Assembly (NCBI GenBank): GCA_028686345.1
Contig: JAQUCE010000012.1
Span: 886 to 64,885 of the forward strand
From: Kiritimatiellia bacterium
Lineage (GTDB): Bacteria; Verrucomicrobiota; Kiritimatiellia; RFP12; UBA1067
DNA length: 64,000 nt
Direction of reading: 5' to 3'
Shown: positions 50,531 through 60,531 of the stretch, piece by piece
Position numbering within the stretch: position 1 is the first letter of the stretch
How the letters are laid out: each line of letters starts with the position of its first letter
The notes under the pieces: generated by a model
The model's input: only the letters and a program-made list of their open reading frames with translations
Databases searched by the model: none
Told to the model about the DNA's origin: nothing
Translations under genes and position numbers: made by a program

Positions 50531-50763
50531 TAAAGCGCAATATTCGCGGAGAGTCGCGGGGAAAAAATTGGTTGCGGCTATGCTGCGCTAGGTTCTTTGT
50601 GGTTTCCAAAATAAAGTGCAACCGTTTTGACCCATATGTCCGGTGATGCGCACTTGCGGAGCAAGGAGGTCAGTCGCTATGCGGCTGACTATACTGCGTG
50701 CCAGTCATGCGCGGGCGATCCACAGTCGCCCGCACAGCGAACGACTTTCTTGACCCGCGCCGT

Positions 50764-50880
50764 GGTTTCCAACCGGACATGACGATTGAAAATCGGAGCT
50801 ACGTTGCTCCCGCACAAACGGCTCCATCTCTTTAACTCGCGCACTCGCGCACTTTTCCACTCCGCGCCCGGCGCGGATTT
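50764..50880 (+). repeat. T-flank repeat, left copy (117 bp)
   Basis: GGTTTCCAACCGGACATGACGATTGAAAATCGGAGCTACGTTGCTCCCGCACAAACGGCTCCATCTCTTTAACTCGCGCACTCGCGCACTTTTCCACTCCGCGCCCGGCGCGGATTT is a direct repeat of 51769-51892. Confidence 0.85.
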
Positions 50881-51160
50881 AGTAGCTTAAAGCCTCAAAA
50901 ACACGCTCAAACTTCTGAATGATAGCGGCGACCTCCCGCACACACACAGTGTCTTTTGGTTGCCACTGAGACACTGAGGAGCAACGAGGGTGAGCTTGGT
51001 TGTTTATAGGGTAGAAAAATAGAGGGGTAGAAAAAATCTGTTGCAGCCTGGTAGATTTATGGTACAAACACGGCATCCTTTCTAACATCCATATCGTCTT
51101 TGCACTGTCTTTGCGCTTGATACTCGCGCAACATAGCTGTAATATAGAACGATTCTTTTA

Positions 51161-51247
51161 GCCAGAGTGGTGGAATGGCAGACACACCGGACTTAAAATC
51201 CGGAGCGGGTAAACCGCGTGGGGGTTCGAGTCCCCCCTTTGGCACCA
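51161..51247 (+). tRNA. tRNA-Leu (anticodon UAA), CCA encoded
   Basis: GCCAGAG acceptor stem pairs with CTTTGGC. Anticodon arm is CCGGA-CTTAAAA-TCCGG, giving anticodon TAA. It has a long variable arm (GCGGGTAAACCGCG), a T arm GGGGG-TTCGAGT-CCCCC, and a terminal ACCA. Confidence 0.9.
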
Positions 51248-51472
51248 TTTATAAGCCGTTTCAGCAGCCTATGATTTAATAAGGCAGTTTAAAAATAAAG
51301 AGAATCATTGCGCTGTTGTCAAATGGAGTAAGCGCGGAAGGAGGTCAGTCGCTATGCGGCTGACTAAACCGCGCACCTGATGGCTCGAATGCCGCCCGTA
51401 GTCGCCCGCGACTTCCTTGCTTCGCGCCTACCGCGCGACCTGCAAGCTTCATCACAGTGGAAACGTGTAGAG

Positions 51473-51807
51473 TTGGCGGCCCTTGTCCGGCATAGTTCCG
51501 CAATGCCACGGCGTAGCCCCGCTTGCGGGCGAAGCCGGGTTGCGGGACGACGACGGATGAGCCAAACAAAGATAATGAAATCCAATGGCGCGCCTTTGAC
51601 GAACAATCGCCCGGCATCCGCTAATTGCTTCTGAGAAGCAACTCTACATCCCAGGGCGCGACTTTCATATGCCTGTTGCAAAATGCCGCTCGTAGAGCGG
51701 CTACTACACCGAACGGCAACCCTTGCGTTCCGCAGTGCAATCAACGGCGCAGCGGCTCCAGTAGCTCCGGTTTCCAACCGGACAGTTTGATTGTAAATCG
51801 GAGCTAC
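51473..51807 (-). repeat. Composite B, copy B4
   Basis: Its reverse complement is co-linear with 38629-39070, with a single GTAGTAG-hairpin unit, a small-loop GTTGCTTC/GAAGCAAC hairpin and a ~38-bp indel in the tail. Confidence 0.85.
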
Positions 51808-51892
51808 GTTGCTCCCGCGCTAACGGCACCATCTCTTTAACTCGCGCAATAACGCACTCGCGCACTTTGACACTTCGCGCCGAGCGCGGAGT
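51769..51892 (+). repeat. T-flank repeat, right copy (124 bp)
   Basis: Direct repeat of 50764-50880 with a small insertion. It ends 20 bp before the sulfatase stop. Confidence 0.85.
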
Positions 51893-51911
51893 TAGCCCTT
51901 ACCAAAGTACA

Positions 51912-53270
51912 TCACCTTTTTTTCCGGCTGCGCGTCTGATGCTCCAGCGCCTCCATCTCGGTCTGCGCCCCTTTATCGCCCTGAGCCAGCATCCATGCAT
52001 CCAATTGAGCTTGCAGCTCTTTAATGACCGGTGCATGCTCCGGATTATCGGCGATGTTGCGCATTTCCAGCGGGTCTTTGACGATGTCGTAAAGCTCAAT
52101 GGCTGGACGGAACCTGTAGCGCTGCACCAGCTCAGCCGCATTGGCATCACCGGCAGCTGCTTTGTCCTCCCAGGACTTGAATTCAGCGCTCTGCGTGCAG
52201 GCATTCTTGAATTCAACCTCAGGCGTTAAATTGACAATCAATTTGTGAGTGCCGGAGCGCACCGAACGGATTCCATAATGATCTGATCCGTTAATAATGC
52301 CGCGGGTGGTCATGATTCCGTAAACATATTTTTTGTGTTCATCGGTCTTGCCTTTCAAAACATCCATGAAGCTTTTGCCATCCAATATTTCAGGGACTTC
52401 TGCACCGGCTGCGTTGATGAAGGTTGGGCACACATCCACATACTCGACCATGGCATTGGCAACGCTGCCAGGCTTAATGACCCCTGGCCAGCGGCAGATC
52501 ATGGCACTCTGCAGACCGCTGTCATAACAGCTCCACTTGGCGAACGGAAAACTGTTGCCCTGTTCGCTGGTGACCATCACAAATGTGTTGTCCTTAATCC
52601 CGTGTTTTTCCAGCAGCCTGAGGATATCGCCGACCTGACCATCATAGTAGGTGACCTCTGCCAGATATTTTGAAAACTGAACTCTGAGTAGTGGTGTGTC
52701 CACATAGTAGGGTGGAAGAGTAACCTTTTCAGGCGGGTAACGTGATGGATCACCTTTGTTGTAGGGTGTGTGGGGTTCATTGGAGGTGGCAAAGAGACAG
52801 AAGGGAGTGCCTGCACTCTTTGACTCAGCCATCAGCCTGTCAATGACCTCCATCTCCGGGTTGTTGTCTTTGCCGGAGTATTCGAAAGGGAACACCTCTT
52901 TGGGAGCGATATGTGTTTTACCGCTCAATGCGACGCGGTAGCCAAGCGGCTGGAGATAGTGGACAATGCTTTTGGTGCCATGCTTGGCGAATGTGTGATT
53001 CGGGTAGGCCCCGGTCTTGACTGGATAAAGGCCGGTATAGATGTTGTGGCGGGTGGGGGAGCACATCGGCGCAGCCTGAAAGCAACGTTTGAACAGCATA
53101 CCCTCCCGTGCCAGCCGGTCGATGTTAGGGGTGAAGGCCTGCCCGCCATAGCATCCAAACTCACGGTGGGTACAGTCATCCGCCATGATATAGACCAGAT
53201 TTGGTCTGGCCGCAAAGGCAAGCGTTGCGGCAAGAGTGCCCAGGGTTATCAGGGTTGTCAGTTTTTTCAT
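51912..53270 (-). CDS. sulfatase (formylglycine-dependent arylsulfatase family), secreted
   Basis: 452 aa with a signal peptide, NLVYIMADD, and the C-x-P-x-R motif in PMCSPTRHNIYTG. Confidence 0.9.
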   Translation of the reverse strand: MKKLTTLITLGTLAATLAFAARPNLVYIMADDCTHREFGCYGGQAFTPNIDRLAREGMLFKRCFQAAPMCSPTRHNIYTGLYPVKTGAYPNHTFAKHGTKSIVHYLQPLGYRVALSGKTHIAPKEVFPFEYSGKDNNPEMEVIDRLMAESKSAGTPFCLFATSNEPHTPYNKGDPSRYPPEKVTLPPYYVDTPLLRVQFSKYLAEVTYYDGQVGDILRLLEKHGIKDNTFVMVTSEQGNSFPFAKWSCYDSGLQSAMICRWPGVIKPGSVANAMVEYVDVCPTFINAAGAEVPEILDGKSFMDVLKGKTDEHKKYVYGIMTTRGIINGSDHYGIRSVRSGTHKLIVNLTPEVEFKNACTQSAEFKSWEDKAAAGDANAAELVQRYRFRPAIELYDIVKDPLEMRNIADNPEHAPVIKELQAQLDAWMLAQGDKGAQTEMEALEHQTRSRKKR

Positions 53271-53339
53271 CTTTTCTCCTTAAAACAGCCGACGCAGATG
53301 CAGTGCCACTGGTTATTAAGAGGCTTAAGTATACCATAG

Positions 53340-54040
53340 AGTTCAACCGAATATCACTTTTATTATGGAGCCAAAATAAGTGCGGGCAAAGATGAGCTTA
53401 TCCATTTCGCACTCGATGTTAAGAACCCCTCTGATCAGGCTGTGGCGGCTATTCGTTATCCCTGCTTTGCCTCTGCTCATGTTCTGGGTGAAGATGCGTC
53501 CGATGATCGTCTCCTCTTTCCGCAGAGTCATAGCGATGGGATTGTTGTAGATTCACCGGGACAGCTTAACCGCCACCTGCATGGCGCTTATCCGGGTTGT
53601 GCGGCTGTTCAGATGATGGCTCACTATGATTCCACGGCTGGCCTGATGCTCGCCACACAGGATCCTGGCGGATATTGCAAGAACTTCGAGGTGAATATGG
53701 TCTCGAACCGTTTTGTTGAATTCAAGATCACCCATCTCAGACCGGAGCTGCCTGGAGATGGCGGTGTACCCTACAACACAGTGATGGGAACCTTCACCGG
53801 TAACTGGCGCGCCGCTGCCGACCTTTATAAACGGTGGGCTCGTAACCAGCCTTGGTGCGCACGGTGATTGTTAATGCCACCCCGCTCTTGCAAAAGGCGA
53901 CGGTTGAGTTTGCGGAGCAGGGGCACTCGGCAAAGCTGCACAGGAGCGATAAATCAGTTGAAAGGAGCTTTGATTCCCTGCCGCAGGATTTGATCGTGGA
54001 ACTGGAACCTTTCGGTGTGCGCATGCTCATTGTCAGATGA
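53340..54040 (+). pseudogene. decayed DUF6259-like (glycoside-hydrolase-associated) gene: N-terminus missing, internal deletion/frameshift near 53860
   Basis: The frame is open from 53340 (…ELIHFALDVKNPSDQAVAAIRYPCFA…AAVQMMAHYDSTAGLMLATQDPGGYCKNF…WRAAADLYKRWARNQPW) and stops at 53867. A second frame (53852-54040) encodes what looks like the family's extreme C-terminus (…LIVELEPFGVRMLIVR). Together this is far shorter than the intact family, as I recall it. Confidence 0.45.
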
Positions 54041-54062
54041 GATTTCATCTGACAGCGGATTG

Positions 54063-56480
54063 CTAGCGCTGCGCATCAATGTCAACCGAAAGGATACCAA
54101 CTGAGGTTCTGGCGTGCTGCGGCTGCATGACAATCCTAATCCGCCGCGTGACAAGTGCCTCTTTGGGCTGCACCGTGTTGTAGCAATCAGGCAGCACACT
54201 GTAACGGTCAGTCAAATAGAGCTCCACCCTCTCCCAGAGATCGCCTTTTTTGGTCTCCAGCCACCACTCTGCCGGAACCTGCACCCCGCCTTTGTCGTCA
54301 TACCAGTAAACGCCAACATTGCGGATGGCAGAGGTTGCTCCAAGGTCAATCTCCAGCCACTGTGGCTGGCCGACCTGCGGCCATGCAGTCCAGCGGGGAA
54401 CTGAGGTGTCAAAAGATGATTTCGGTGTCTGCCTGAGGGAGACCGCCAAGGTGGTGTCCGCCTCCCATGTGTGCGATGCTGTTACTGCTTTGAATTTCAG
54501 GTTTTCTGGTCGGTAGAGATCCGGCACCGCGATCTCGCGCTTGGTTCCGATCCAGGTGATCATTGAGCTGCGGTCACGGTTGCTCCAGGCAAAGTAAGGG
54601 ATCATCTTCAACTCCGCGCTCTTAGAGCTGTCAGCTGTCAACTCTTTGGCGGGAATGGTTATGCCTGGCAAGCCGGCCAGCACACCCTCGCTAATCATCG
54701 CCGCTTGCGCCCCTTGCACTGCCAGCAAGGGGTCAACAAAGAACCGCTGCACCGCGCCGTCATTGTCCACGCCCTCGGCGCAGAGCACCAGCGGGCCGCG
54801 AGTGAAGGCCACGCGATCACGATTCGCCTCAACCTGTTCTACGCAGCGGCTGGCCCTGACCGGCATTGGCAGCTCAAGCTGCACTGTGTCACCAGTGCGC
54901 CACTCACGGTCAATCACAACAAAACCGTGCGCTGCCTCAGCTTTAACGGCCTGGCCATTGATCGAGAGTTTAAAGCCGCCGCCCTGATCAACATAGGAGT
55001 AAAGCTCACCAGGAACAAATCTCGTACCGCACCAGGTGGGGATGCGCAGACAGAGTTTAAACCTGCCGCGCTGCTCAGGATTCAATGTGAGTTTGACATC
55101 GCCTTGGTATGGATAGCCGCTGACCTGCTCCACTTTAACCGGAGTTCCATTCACACTCAACTCCGCGGCACTGGAGCCGTAAAGCACCAGATAGAGCGCA
55201 TCCTTGTCAACCGCATACATATAGCCGGGAATCTGCGGTATCAGCCGCGCGATATTGGAGGGGCAGCAGGCGCAGCCAAACCAGCCGGAACGGGGAGTGT
55301 GACCTTGGTCGCACTCCAGCGGATTGGGGTAGAAAAAACTGGTTCCATCCAGCCCCACACCTGAGAGGCAATTGTTTAACAGCGCGACCTCGGCCACATC
55401 AATATAACGTGCGTCGCGATACTTAAGGAACATGCGCATGTTGAAGAACACATTGCCAACCGCCGCGCAGGTCTCCAGGTAGGTTGCCTTGTTTGGCAGC
55501 AGGTATGAGGGGCCGAACCCTTCGATGTTGGGAACCGCACCCAGCCCCCCGGTGAAGTGCATCTTGGTGTCAACAATATCATGCCAGATCGCGTCCAGCG
55601 CGGCAGAGTACTTATCCGTCCCCTGCAGGCTGTCGATCTCGGCCATCGCGGCATAGAGGTAGGTGGCGCGCACCGCATGTCCAACTGCCTGACGCTGCTC
55701 AGCCACGGGCTGGTGCTGTTGAGCATACTCACCGCCCTTAGGAACAAAGGTGACACCGCGAATCTCCAAAAAGCGCTGCGCCATCTCCCGGTAAAGCTCC
55801 TTGCCGGTATAGTTGTAAAGCTTGATCAATCCCAGCTCAATCTCCTGATGGCCAGGGGCCTGCATCACTGGTTTGCCATCATTATAATTCGGATCACCGA
55901 CAAAGATCACCTGGTTCACATGCCGTGCGCTCTTCTCCGCCACATCCAGAAACTTTGTTTTACCAGTGGCGCGGGCATAAGCCACCGCGGCCTCATACAA
56001 GTGGCCAATATTGTAGAGTTCATGGCTGTGAATAATATGGCTGTATGGACGCGTTCCCATGTTGCCCGGGGTCGGATTGCCGCAGATGTGGGAGACATAG
56101 AGATAACCGTCCGCCTGCTGCGCCCGCGCAATGATGTCGATCATGCTGTCCATTAACGCCTCAATCTCCGGGTTAGGCTCAGCCTGGAGCATCATTGCGC
56201 CCCCTTCCATCACCTTGTAAAGATCGGAGGTGTTAAAGGGGTGCGGCTCAGGCTTCGGGCCGCTGCGGCCACGCTCCAGATACTCCGCGCACATCCGCAG
56301 ACGGTTCAGGCCAACCTCGGATTGCTTGAAAGCGTGCGGCAGGGTTTTGGTTGCCAGCCGCTTAATCTGCGGCTTCCAAAGTTCATCCTGCATGCGCACC
56401 TTTTCAAAGGGCACCATCTTAATCGAATCCGCCGCCGCGAACGCGGCAATCAAAAAGCAACCGGTTACTATTTTTTTCAT
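54063..56480 (-). CDS. glycoside hydrolase family 127 (beta-L-arabinofuranosidase, DUF1680) with C-terminal F5/8 type C domain
   Basis: The ATG at 56480 gives the signal peptide MKKIVTGCFLIAAFAAA. HELYNIGHLYEAAVAYARATG is present. Zn/catalytic cysteines are in GCACCPSNIARL. C-terminal discoidin is QPQWLEIDLGATSAIRNVGVYW. Confidence 0.9.
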   Translation of the reverse strand: MKKIVTGCFLIAAFAAADSIKMVPFEKVRMQDELWKPQIKRLATKTLPHAFKQSEVGLNRLRMCAEYLERGRSGPKPEPHPFNTSDLYKVMEGGAMMLQAEPNPEIEALMDSMIDIIARAQQADGYLYVSHICGNPTPGNMGTRPYSHIIHSHELYNIGHLYEAAVAYARATGKTKFLDVAEKSARHVNQVIFVGDPNYNDGKPVMQAPGHQEIELGLIKLYNYTGKELYREMAQRFLEIRGVTFVPKGGEYAQQHQPVAEQRQAVGHAVRATYLYAAMAEIDSLQGTDKYSAALDAIWHDIVDTKMHFTGGLGAVPNIEGFGPSYLLPNKATYLETCAAVGNVFFNMRMFLKYRDARYIDVAEVALLNNCLSGVGLDGTSFFYPNPLECDQGHTPRSGWFGCACCPSNIARLIPQIPGYMYAVDKDALYLVLYGSSAAELSVNGTPVKVEQVSGYPYQGDVKLTLNPEQRGRFKLCLRIPTWCGTRFVPGELYSYVDQGGGFKLSINGQAVKAEAAHGFVVIDREWRTGDTVQLELPMPVRASRCVEQVEANRDRVAFTRGPLVLCAEGVDNDGAVQRFFVDPLLAVQGAQAAMISEGVLAGLPGITIPAKELTADSSKSAELKMIPYFAWSNRDRSSMITWIGTKREIAVPDLYRPENLKFKAVTASHTWEADTTLAVSLRQTPKSSFDTSVPRWTAWPQVGQPQWLEIDLGATSAIRNVGVYWYDDKGGVQVPAEWWLETKKGDLWERVELYLTDRYSVLPDCYNTVQPKEALVTRRIRIVMQPQHARTSVGILSVDIDAQR

Positions 56481-56550
56481 AATTTTTCCCTTCTCCCAGC
56501 CGACCAACAACCATCAACCTTTTGGAGTCAAAGTGCACGGTTCTACGCTT

Positions 56551-56629
56551 TCTTCACTCCAGTATAGATGAGATTTCTTCTCAAGCTTCCAGCTTGAATG
56601 AAAATGTTTTCTGCAAGCAAGATGCTTGC
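56551..56629 (+). repeat. H2 module with CTTCACTCCAGTATAGATGAG head; left boundary of the RM cassette
   Basis: CTTCACTCCAGTATAGATGAGATTTCTTCTCAAGCTTCCAGCTTGAATGAAAATGTTTTCTGCAAGCAAGATGCTTGC is inverted relative to 62517-62614. Confidence 0.9.
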
Positions 56630-56816
56630 CATGCTGTTTATTGAGCGTATCGCAAAGATTGCACGTTGCCGTAAGGATATGCGGTCAGTTCAGCTCTCCA
56701 CGATCTGCCAATAAGCTAAATCAAATCAGCATTTCTGAATTGTCACATTAAAGGTTATTGTTGTCAAAACAAACTGTCTTACTCTTTTTGAAAAATGACT
56801 CAACCGCCCTTTTATC

Positions 56817-59495
56817 CTATGTTTTCCCTAAATAACCGATCGACATGTTCTCCGCCACTGTGTCGTGGGGGATCACTCGGTAAATCCATGGCTTGCCGCC
56901 ATGCTGGGAGGCATACGCTGTCGCATTCCCGCACCACCTCTCGGCAGCATCTCTCTTGGCAACCACATCAGCATCATTCAAGGCCGAACGCTTCTTGGGC
57001 TCCAGCATATAGATGGCATCGGCTGTCTCTGCAACAAAGTCGGGCTGATACTCGGGGTGCTCGGCACCCAGTTTGTAGAATATCTGGAATTGACCTTTGG
57101 CGGGTTTGAACCATTTCTCCGCCTCCCGATCCAGGATAACCGCGAGGATGCGTTCAGCTTCAGAGTCGAATTTCTGCACGGAATAAAGGCAGCGCCTAAA
57201 GCCGCCGAAGAGATACTTTGCCATGTTGCTCTTATCTTTGGGGGAGACCTTGAAATCCAGCGGCTCCTCGGTGGCTGAGGCCGTATACGCGCTGGACTTC
57301 AGCTCAGTAAAGCCCTTGCTGATCACCACCTCGTATTCAACCTCTGCATCTTCCCAGTAGTGCTCCTGCATCTGAGCATGGATAAAAGCGGCGATCTCCT
57401 TCTGATGCTGCCAGAGAACTTTAGCGCTCTCCTCTTGGCTGAGATAGCCCCTGAAATGCGCTACTGTCTGGCTGGCAAGCCCGTAAAGCAGATCAGCGTG
57501 CTGCTCGTAATCAACGTCGTTGAAATCTTTGAGACCGTTAACAATGTAGTTCTCAAGACGCTGCTCTTTACCTCCCCCTTTTCCCAGGCCGATCACCTCG
57601 GCTTCGCCTGTTCTCAAGACCTGCCGCCAAAGCTCCTCTGAGATCGGCTGATATCTGAGACCAAAGAGATTCAGATCAAAGGCCCTGAAACCGGATTTTA
57701 CCTCGCCCTTGGGTACCACCAGGATGCGGGGAATGTCAATGGTTTGCTGAATAACCAACTCAGCGGTTTTTTTCACGATAGCCGCGATGTCAGGCTCTTC
57801 CAGAACGCCTTCCAGCTCCATCTGCGACGGGGTCAGGTATGCGGCGACCTCCCGCACCACCTCTGCCTGAACCTCGGGAGAGACAAGGTAGCTGGTTGTC
57901 GGCACCCGCCCCGGCTGACTCTCCAACCTCCTGATGCAGGCGTAAACAGCCTGGGCCACTCGCTGATCAGCAGGCGATGAAAAAACCGCGTTTTCCGAGC
58001 TCACAGCTACCTTTGTTGAGTCAGTGGCCTGCGGTGGAGCGACACCAAGCTGGCTGGCCAGCGTACTTTGGGAGACAACTGTCTTTGTCTTGCCCTCAAT
58101 CTCATCCGGATCAAGCACAACGCTCTGCATACGGATCTGCGAATCAGGCCGATTCGCCTCGTCCACAATCTCCTGAAATCTGTCGTGCGCCACAATGCTG
58201 AGACGGTCTATTGCCGGAACTCCCACGCGCTTGCCATAGGGCAGACGCAGGCCGCGGCCAATGGATTGCTCGATCAGTATCCGGGCGTTTGCAGCACGCA
58301 GCGGGATGATGGTGTAGAGGTTGGTCACATCCCACCCCTCTTTGAGCATATTCACATGGATCACGATCTCGGTTGGTTCGTCAAAATGCTCGACTTTAAG
58401 CAGACGATTAATCATCTCCTCTTCGTCCGCACCGGTTTTACTGGAGTCCACCTGGATGACTTTTTCCTGATAACGACCTCCGAAAAAGTCAGCGGACTCG
58501 ATCATAGCTTTCAACTGTGCGGCGTGGGTTGTATCTCGAGCGATGATAAGGACAAAGGGCTTGACGATCTCACGGTTTGTTTCGCGGGCGTATGTTTCGA
58601 GCTGCACCTTGGTCTGCTCGTGCAGACGAATGCCGTCTCCGAGCTTCAGCTCTTCGATCGCCTCCCTGCTCATGCCTTCTGGATTGAAGTTCTTGCGCGT
58701 CACCACAGCAGGCTCTTTTACAAAGCCGTCGGCAATGGCGCGACCAAGCGCGTAGTCGTAGATCACATTGTTGAACGGCACTGCCCCTTTTGCGGTTTCC
58801 ACAAACGGCGTGGCAGTCAGCTCCAACCCGAGAATCGGCTTCAGTTCGTTGATGGCGCGCACCCCGGCGCTGGCGCGATAGCGGTGGGACTCGTCCATCA
58901 GGAGCACCAGATCCGGCAGCGCGGCGAGGTATTCAAAGTAGCTCTCTCCAATATACTCTGAAAGTCGCTTGATCTTCGGCGCTTTACCGCCGCGCACCTC
59001 TGAGTTGATCTTGCTGATGTTGAAAATATTAATCTTACAGCGCAGCACAAGGTCAAAAAGCGTGCTTGTTTTGGATTCGTAGTCATCCCCGGTAATGATC
59101 TCCGGCGCCTCCTGCGCAAACTCGGCAATGCCTTTAAAGACATATTTGGGCGTGTTGGGCGTAAAGTCAGCAATCAGCTTGTTGTAGATCGTCAGGTTCG
59201 GCGCAAGCACAAAGAAATTGTTGAGGCCATGGGCAAGATGCAGATAGGTGACAAAAGCGCCCATCAGCCTGGTCTTGCCAACCCCGGTGGCAAGGGCGAA
59301 GCAGAGCGAGGGAAACTCCCGCTCGAAATCGGTCACCGATGGGTATTCGCTTTGAATCAACTCCAAGGCTTCCGCCACTACCGTCGATTTACTCGGCACC
59401 ACGATCTCGGTGATGCGGTCGAGAATCTCAAGCGACCGGCGTTGCGGCGGGCGCAGACTGAGCCGTCCGGAAATAGAGTTTACGTGAGGGGTCAT
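56817..59495 (-). CDS. res: Type III restriction endonuclease, Res subunit (SF2 helicase + C-terminal nuclease)
   Basis: 892 aa. Walker A is LATGVGKT and motif II is LLMDESHR. Helicase motif VI-like is QSIGRGLRL. The C-terminal PD-(D/E)xK candidate is QPDFVAETADAIYMLEPKK. Its start overlaps the rhuM stop (ATGA at 59492-59495). Confidence 0.9.
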   Translation of the reverse strand: MTPHVNSISGRLSLRPPQRRSLEILDRITEIVVPSKSTVVAEALELIQSEYPSVTDFEREFPSLCFALATGVGKTRLMGAFVTYLHLAHGLNNFFVLAPNLTIYNKLIADFTPNTPKYVFKGIAEFAQEAPEIITGDDYESKTSTLFDLVLRCKINIFNISKINSEVRGGKAPKIKRLSEYIGESYFEYLAALPDLVLLMDESHRYRASAGVRAINELKPILGLELTATPFVETAKGAVPFNNVIYDYALGRAIADGFVKEPAVVTRKNFNPEGMSREAIEELKLGDGIRLHEQTKVQLETYARETNREIVKPFVLIIARDTTHAAQLKAMIESADFFGGRYQEKVIQVDSSKTGADEEEMINRLLKVEHFDEPTEIVIHVNMLKEGWDVTNLYTIIPLRAANARILIEQSIGRGLRLPYGKRVGVPAIDRLSIVAHDRFQEIVDEANRPDSQIRMQSVVLDPDEIEGKTKTVVSQSTLASQLGVAPPQATDSTKVAVSSENAVFSSPADQRVAQAVYACIRRLESQPGRVPTTSYLVSPEVQAEVVREVAAYLTPSQMELEGVLEEPDIAAIVKKTAELVIQQTIDIPRILVVPKGEVKSGFRAFDLNLFGLRYQPISEELWRQVLRTGEAEVIGLGKGGGKEQRLENYIVNGLKDFNDVDYEQHADLLYGLASQTVAHFRGYLSQEESAKVLWQHQKEIAAFIHAQMQEHYWEDAEVEYEVVISKGFTELKSSAYTASATEEPLDFKVSPKDKSNMAKYLFGGFRRCLYSVQKFDSEAERILAVILDREAEKWFKPAKGQFQIFYKLGAEHPEYQPDFVAETADAIYMLEPKKRSALNDADVVAKRDAAERWCGNATAYASQHGGKPWIYRVIPHDTVAENMSIGYLGKT

Positions 59496-60520
59496 TCCTG
59501 CCCTCCTTTTAAATATTTTGCAAAGGCCAGATCGAAGTTAGACAAATAATCTCGGTCCTGCCGCACCCGAAATTTGTCATACTCGACATGTGCTTTTGTT
59601 ACAGCCATCTCATGAGAGATTGTGCCTGCATGCTCCAGCAACTCCTGATCGTTAAACTCCATAAAACGTCTCACCTGTTCCAGCCAGTCCTGCATGGTCA
59701 TCGCTTGCCGATTCAGTGCCCGAAACTCTGCGTTATCAATGAACATAACCACCAGTCGGTTCAATCGATCCAGCTCTTTTTCATTCAGGTAGTTCTTGGC
59801 GATGCTCACATCACTTTTCAGCACCTTGCCCTTCGGTGAATTTTTCCAGGTAGTCAGCCCCATATAGGGTTTCTCACTATCTGCCCGATCATACACGATT
59901 TCCGCTGCGGTTTGTCCTGTCGTGGCATAATGAATCTGATTCTGGACAATCTTATAAAACTGCTTGGTCTCCTCGCTGTCGCTCCGGTAATCGCTGCTGC
60001 ACTGCTCAAAAATATCCGCGATTTTTTGATAGACACGCCGCTCGCTGGAACGGATCTCTCGGATACGTTCCAGAAGTTCGTCGAAATAGTCCTGTCCAAA
60101 GGCACGCCCGTTCTTGAGCATGTCATCATTGAGCATAAAGCCCTTCACCATAAACTCCCTCAGGGTATTCGTTGCCCAAATGCGGAAGTGCGTCGCTTTG
60201 ATGGAATTCACGCGATAGCCAACAGCGATCACTCCGTCCAGGTTGTAATATTCGAGCTGGCGGGCAACATCTCGCGTACCCTCCTGTCTAACTGTTTCCA
60301 AAATGGAAACAGTTGCTTCCCGCTGTAGCTCCCCAGAAGCAAAGATATTGGAAAGGTGCTTGGCAACGGCTGGCACCTGCACACCAAACAGCTCCGCCAT
60401 AGCCTTCTGCGTCAACCAAAAGTTATCCCGTGCGAAAAGCACGTCGACCGTCACCTTCCCGTCATCCGTTTGATATAGAACGATTTTAGACGGCTGCGAA
60501 TTCTGAAGTTCATCGCTCAT
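59492..60520 (-). CDS. rhuM: RhuM family (virulence-associated) protein embedded in the RM operon
   Basis: 342 aa: VDVLFARDNFWLTQKAMAELFGV...YNLDGVIAVGYRVNSIKATHFRIWATNTLREF...SSERRVYQKI, the conserved RhuM core. Confidence 0.85.
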   Translation of the reverse strand: MSDELQNSQPSKIVLYQTDDGKVTVDVLFARDNFWLTQKAMAELFGVQVPAVAKHLSNIFASGELQREATVSILETVRQEGTRDVARQLEYYNLDGVIAVGYRVNSIKATHFRIWATNTLREFMVKGFMLNDDMLKNGRAFGQDYFDELLERIREIRSSERRVYQKIADIFEQCSSDYRSDSEETKQFYKIVQNQIHYATTGQTAAEIVYDRADSEKPYMGLTTWKNSPKGKVLKSDVSIAKNYLNEKELDRLNRLVVMFIDNAEFRALNRQAMTMQDWLEQVRRFMEFNDQELLEHAGTISHEMAVTKAHVEYDKFRVRQDRDYLSNFDLAFAKYLKGGQE

Positions 60521-60531
60521 TACTCACCTCC
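60518..60531 (-). promoter_or_regulatory. Shine-Dalgarno plus stop/start overlap coupling mod to rhuM
   Basis: The reverse strand reads GGAGGTGAG-TAATG. A strong SD sits inside the 3' end of mod, and the mod TAA shares its last A with the rhuM ATG. Confidence 0.7.

Noticed and set aside
51057-51248. 63-aa ORF on the minus strand overlapping tRNA-Leu
   Set aside because: It is fully explained by the tRNA gene on the opposite strand and has no coding features.
50764-51892. tRNA-Leu-flanking direct repeats as att sites of an integrated island
   Set aside because: The repeats do not include the tRNA 3' end. The enclosed ~0.9 kb has no integrase or cargo genes. The repeat itself belongs to the dispersed module families. 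It is kept only as a recombination-substrate observation.
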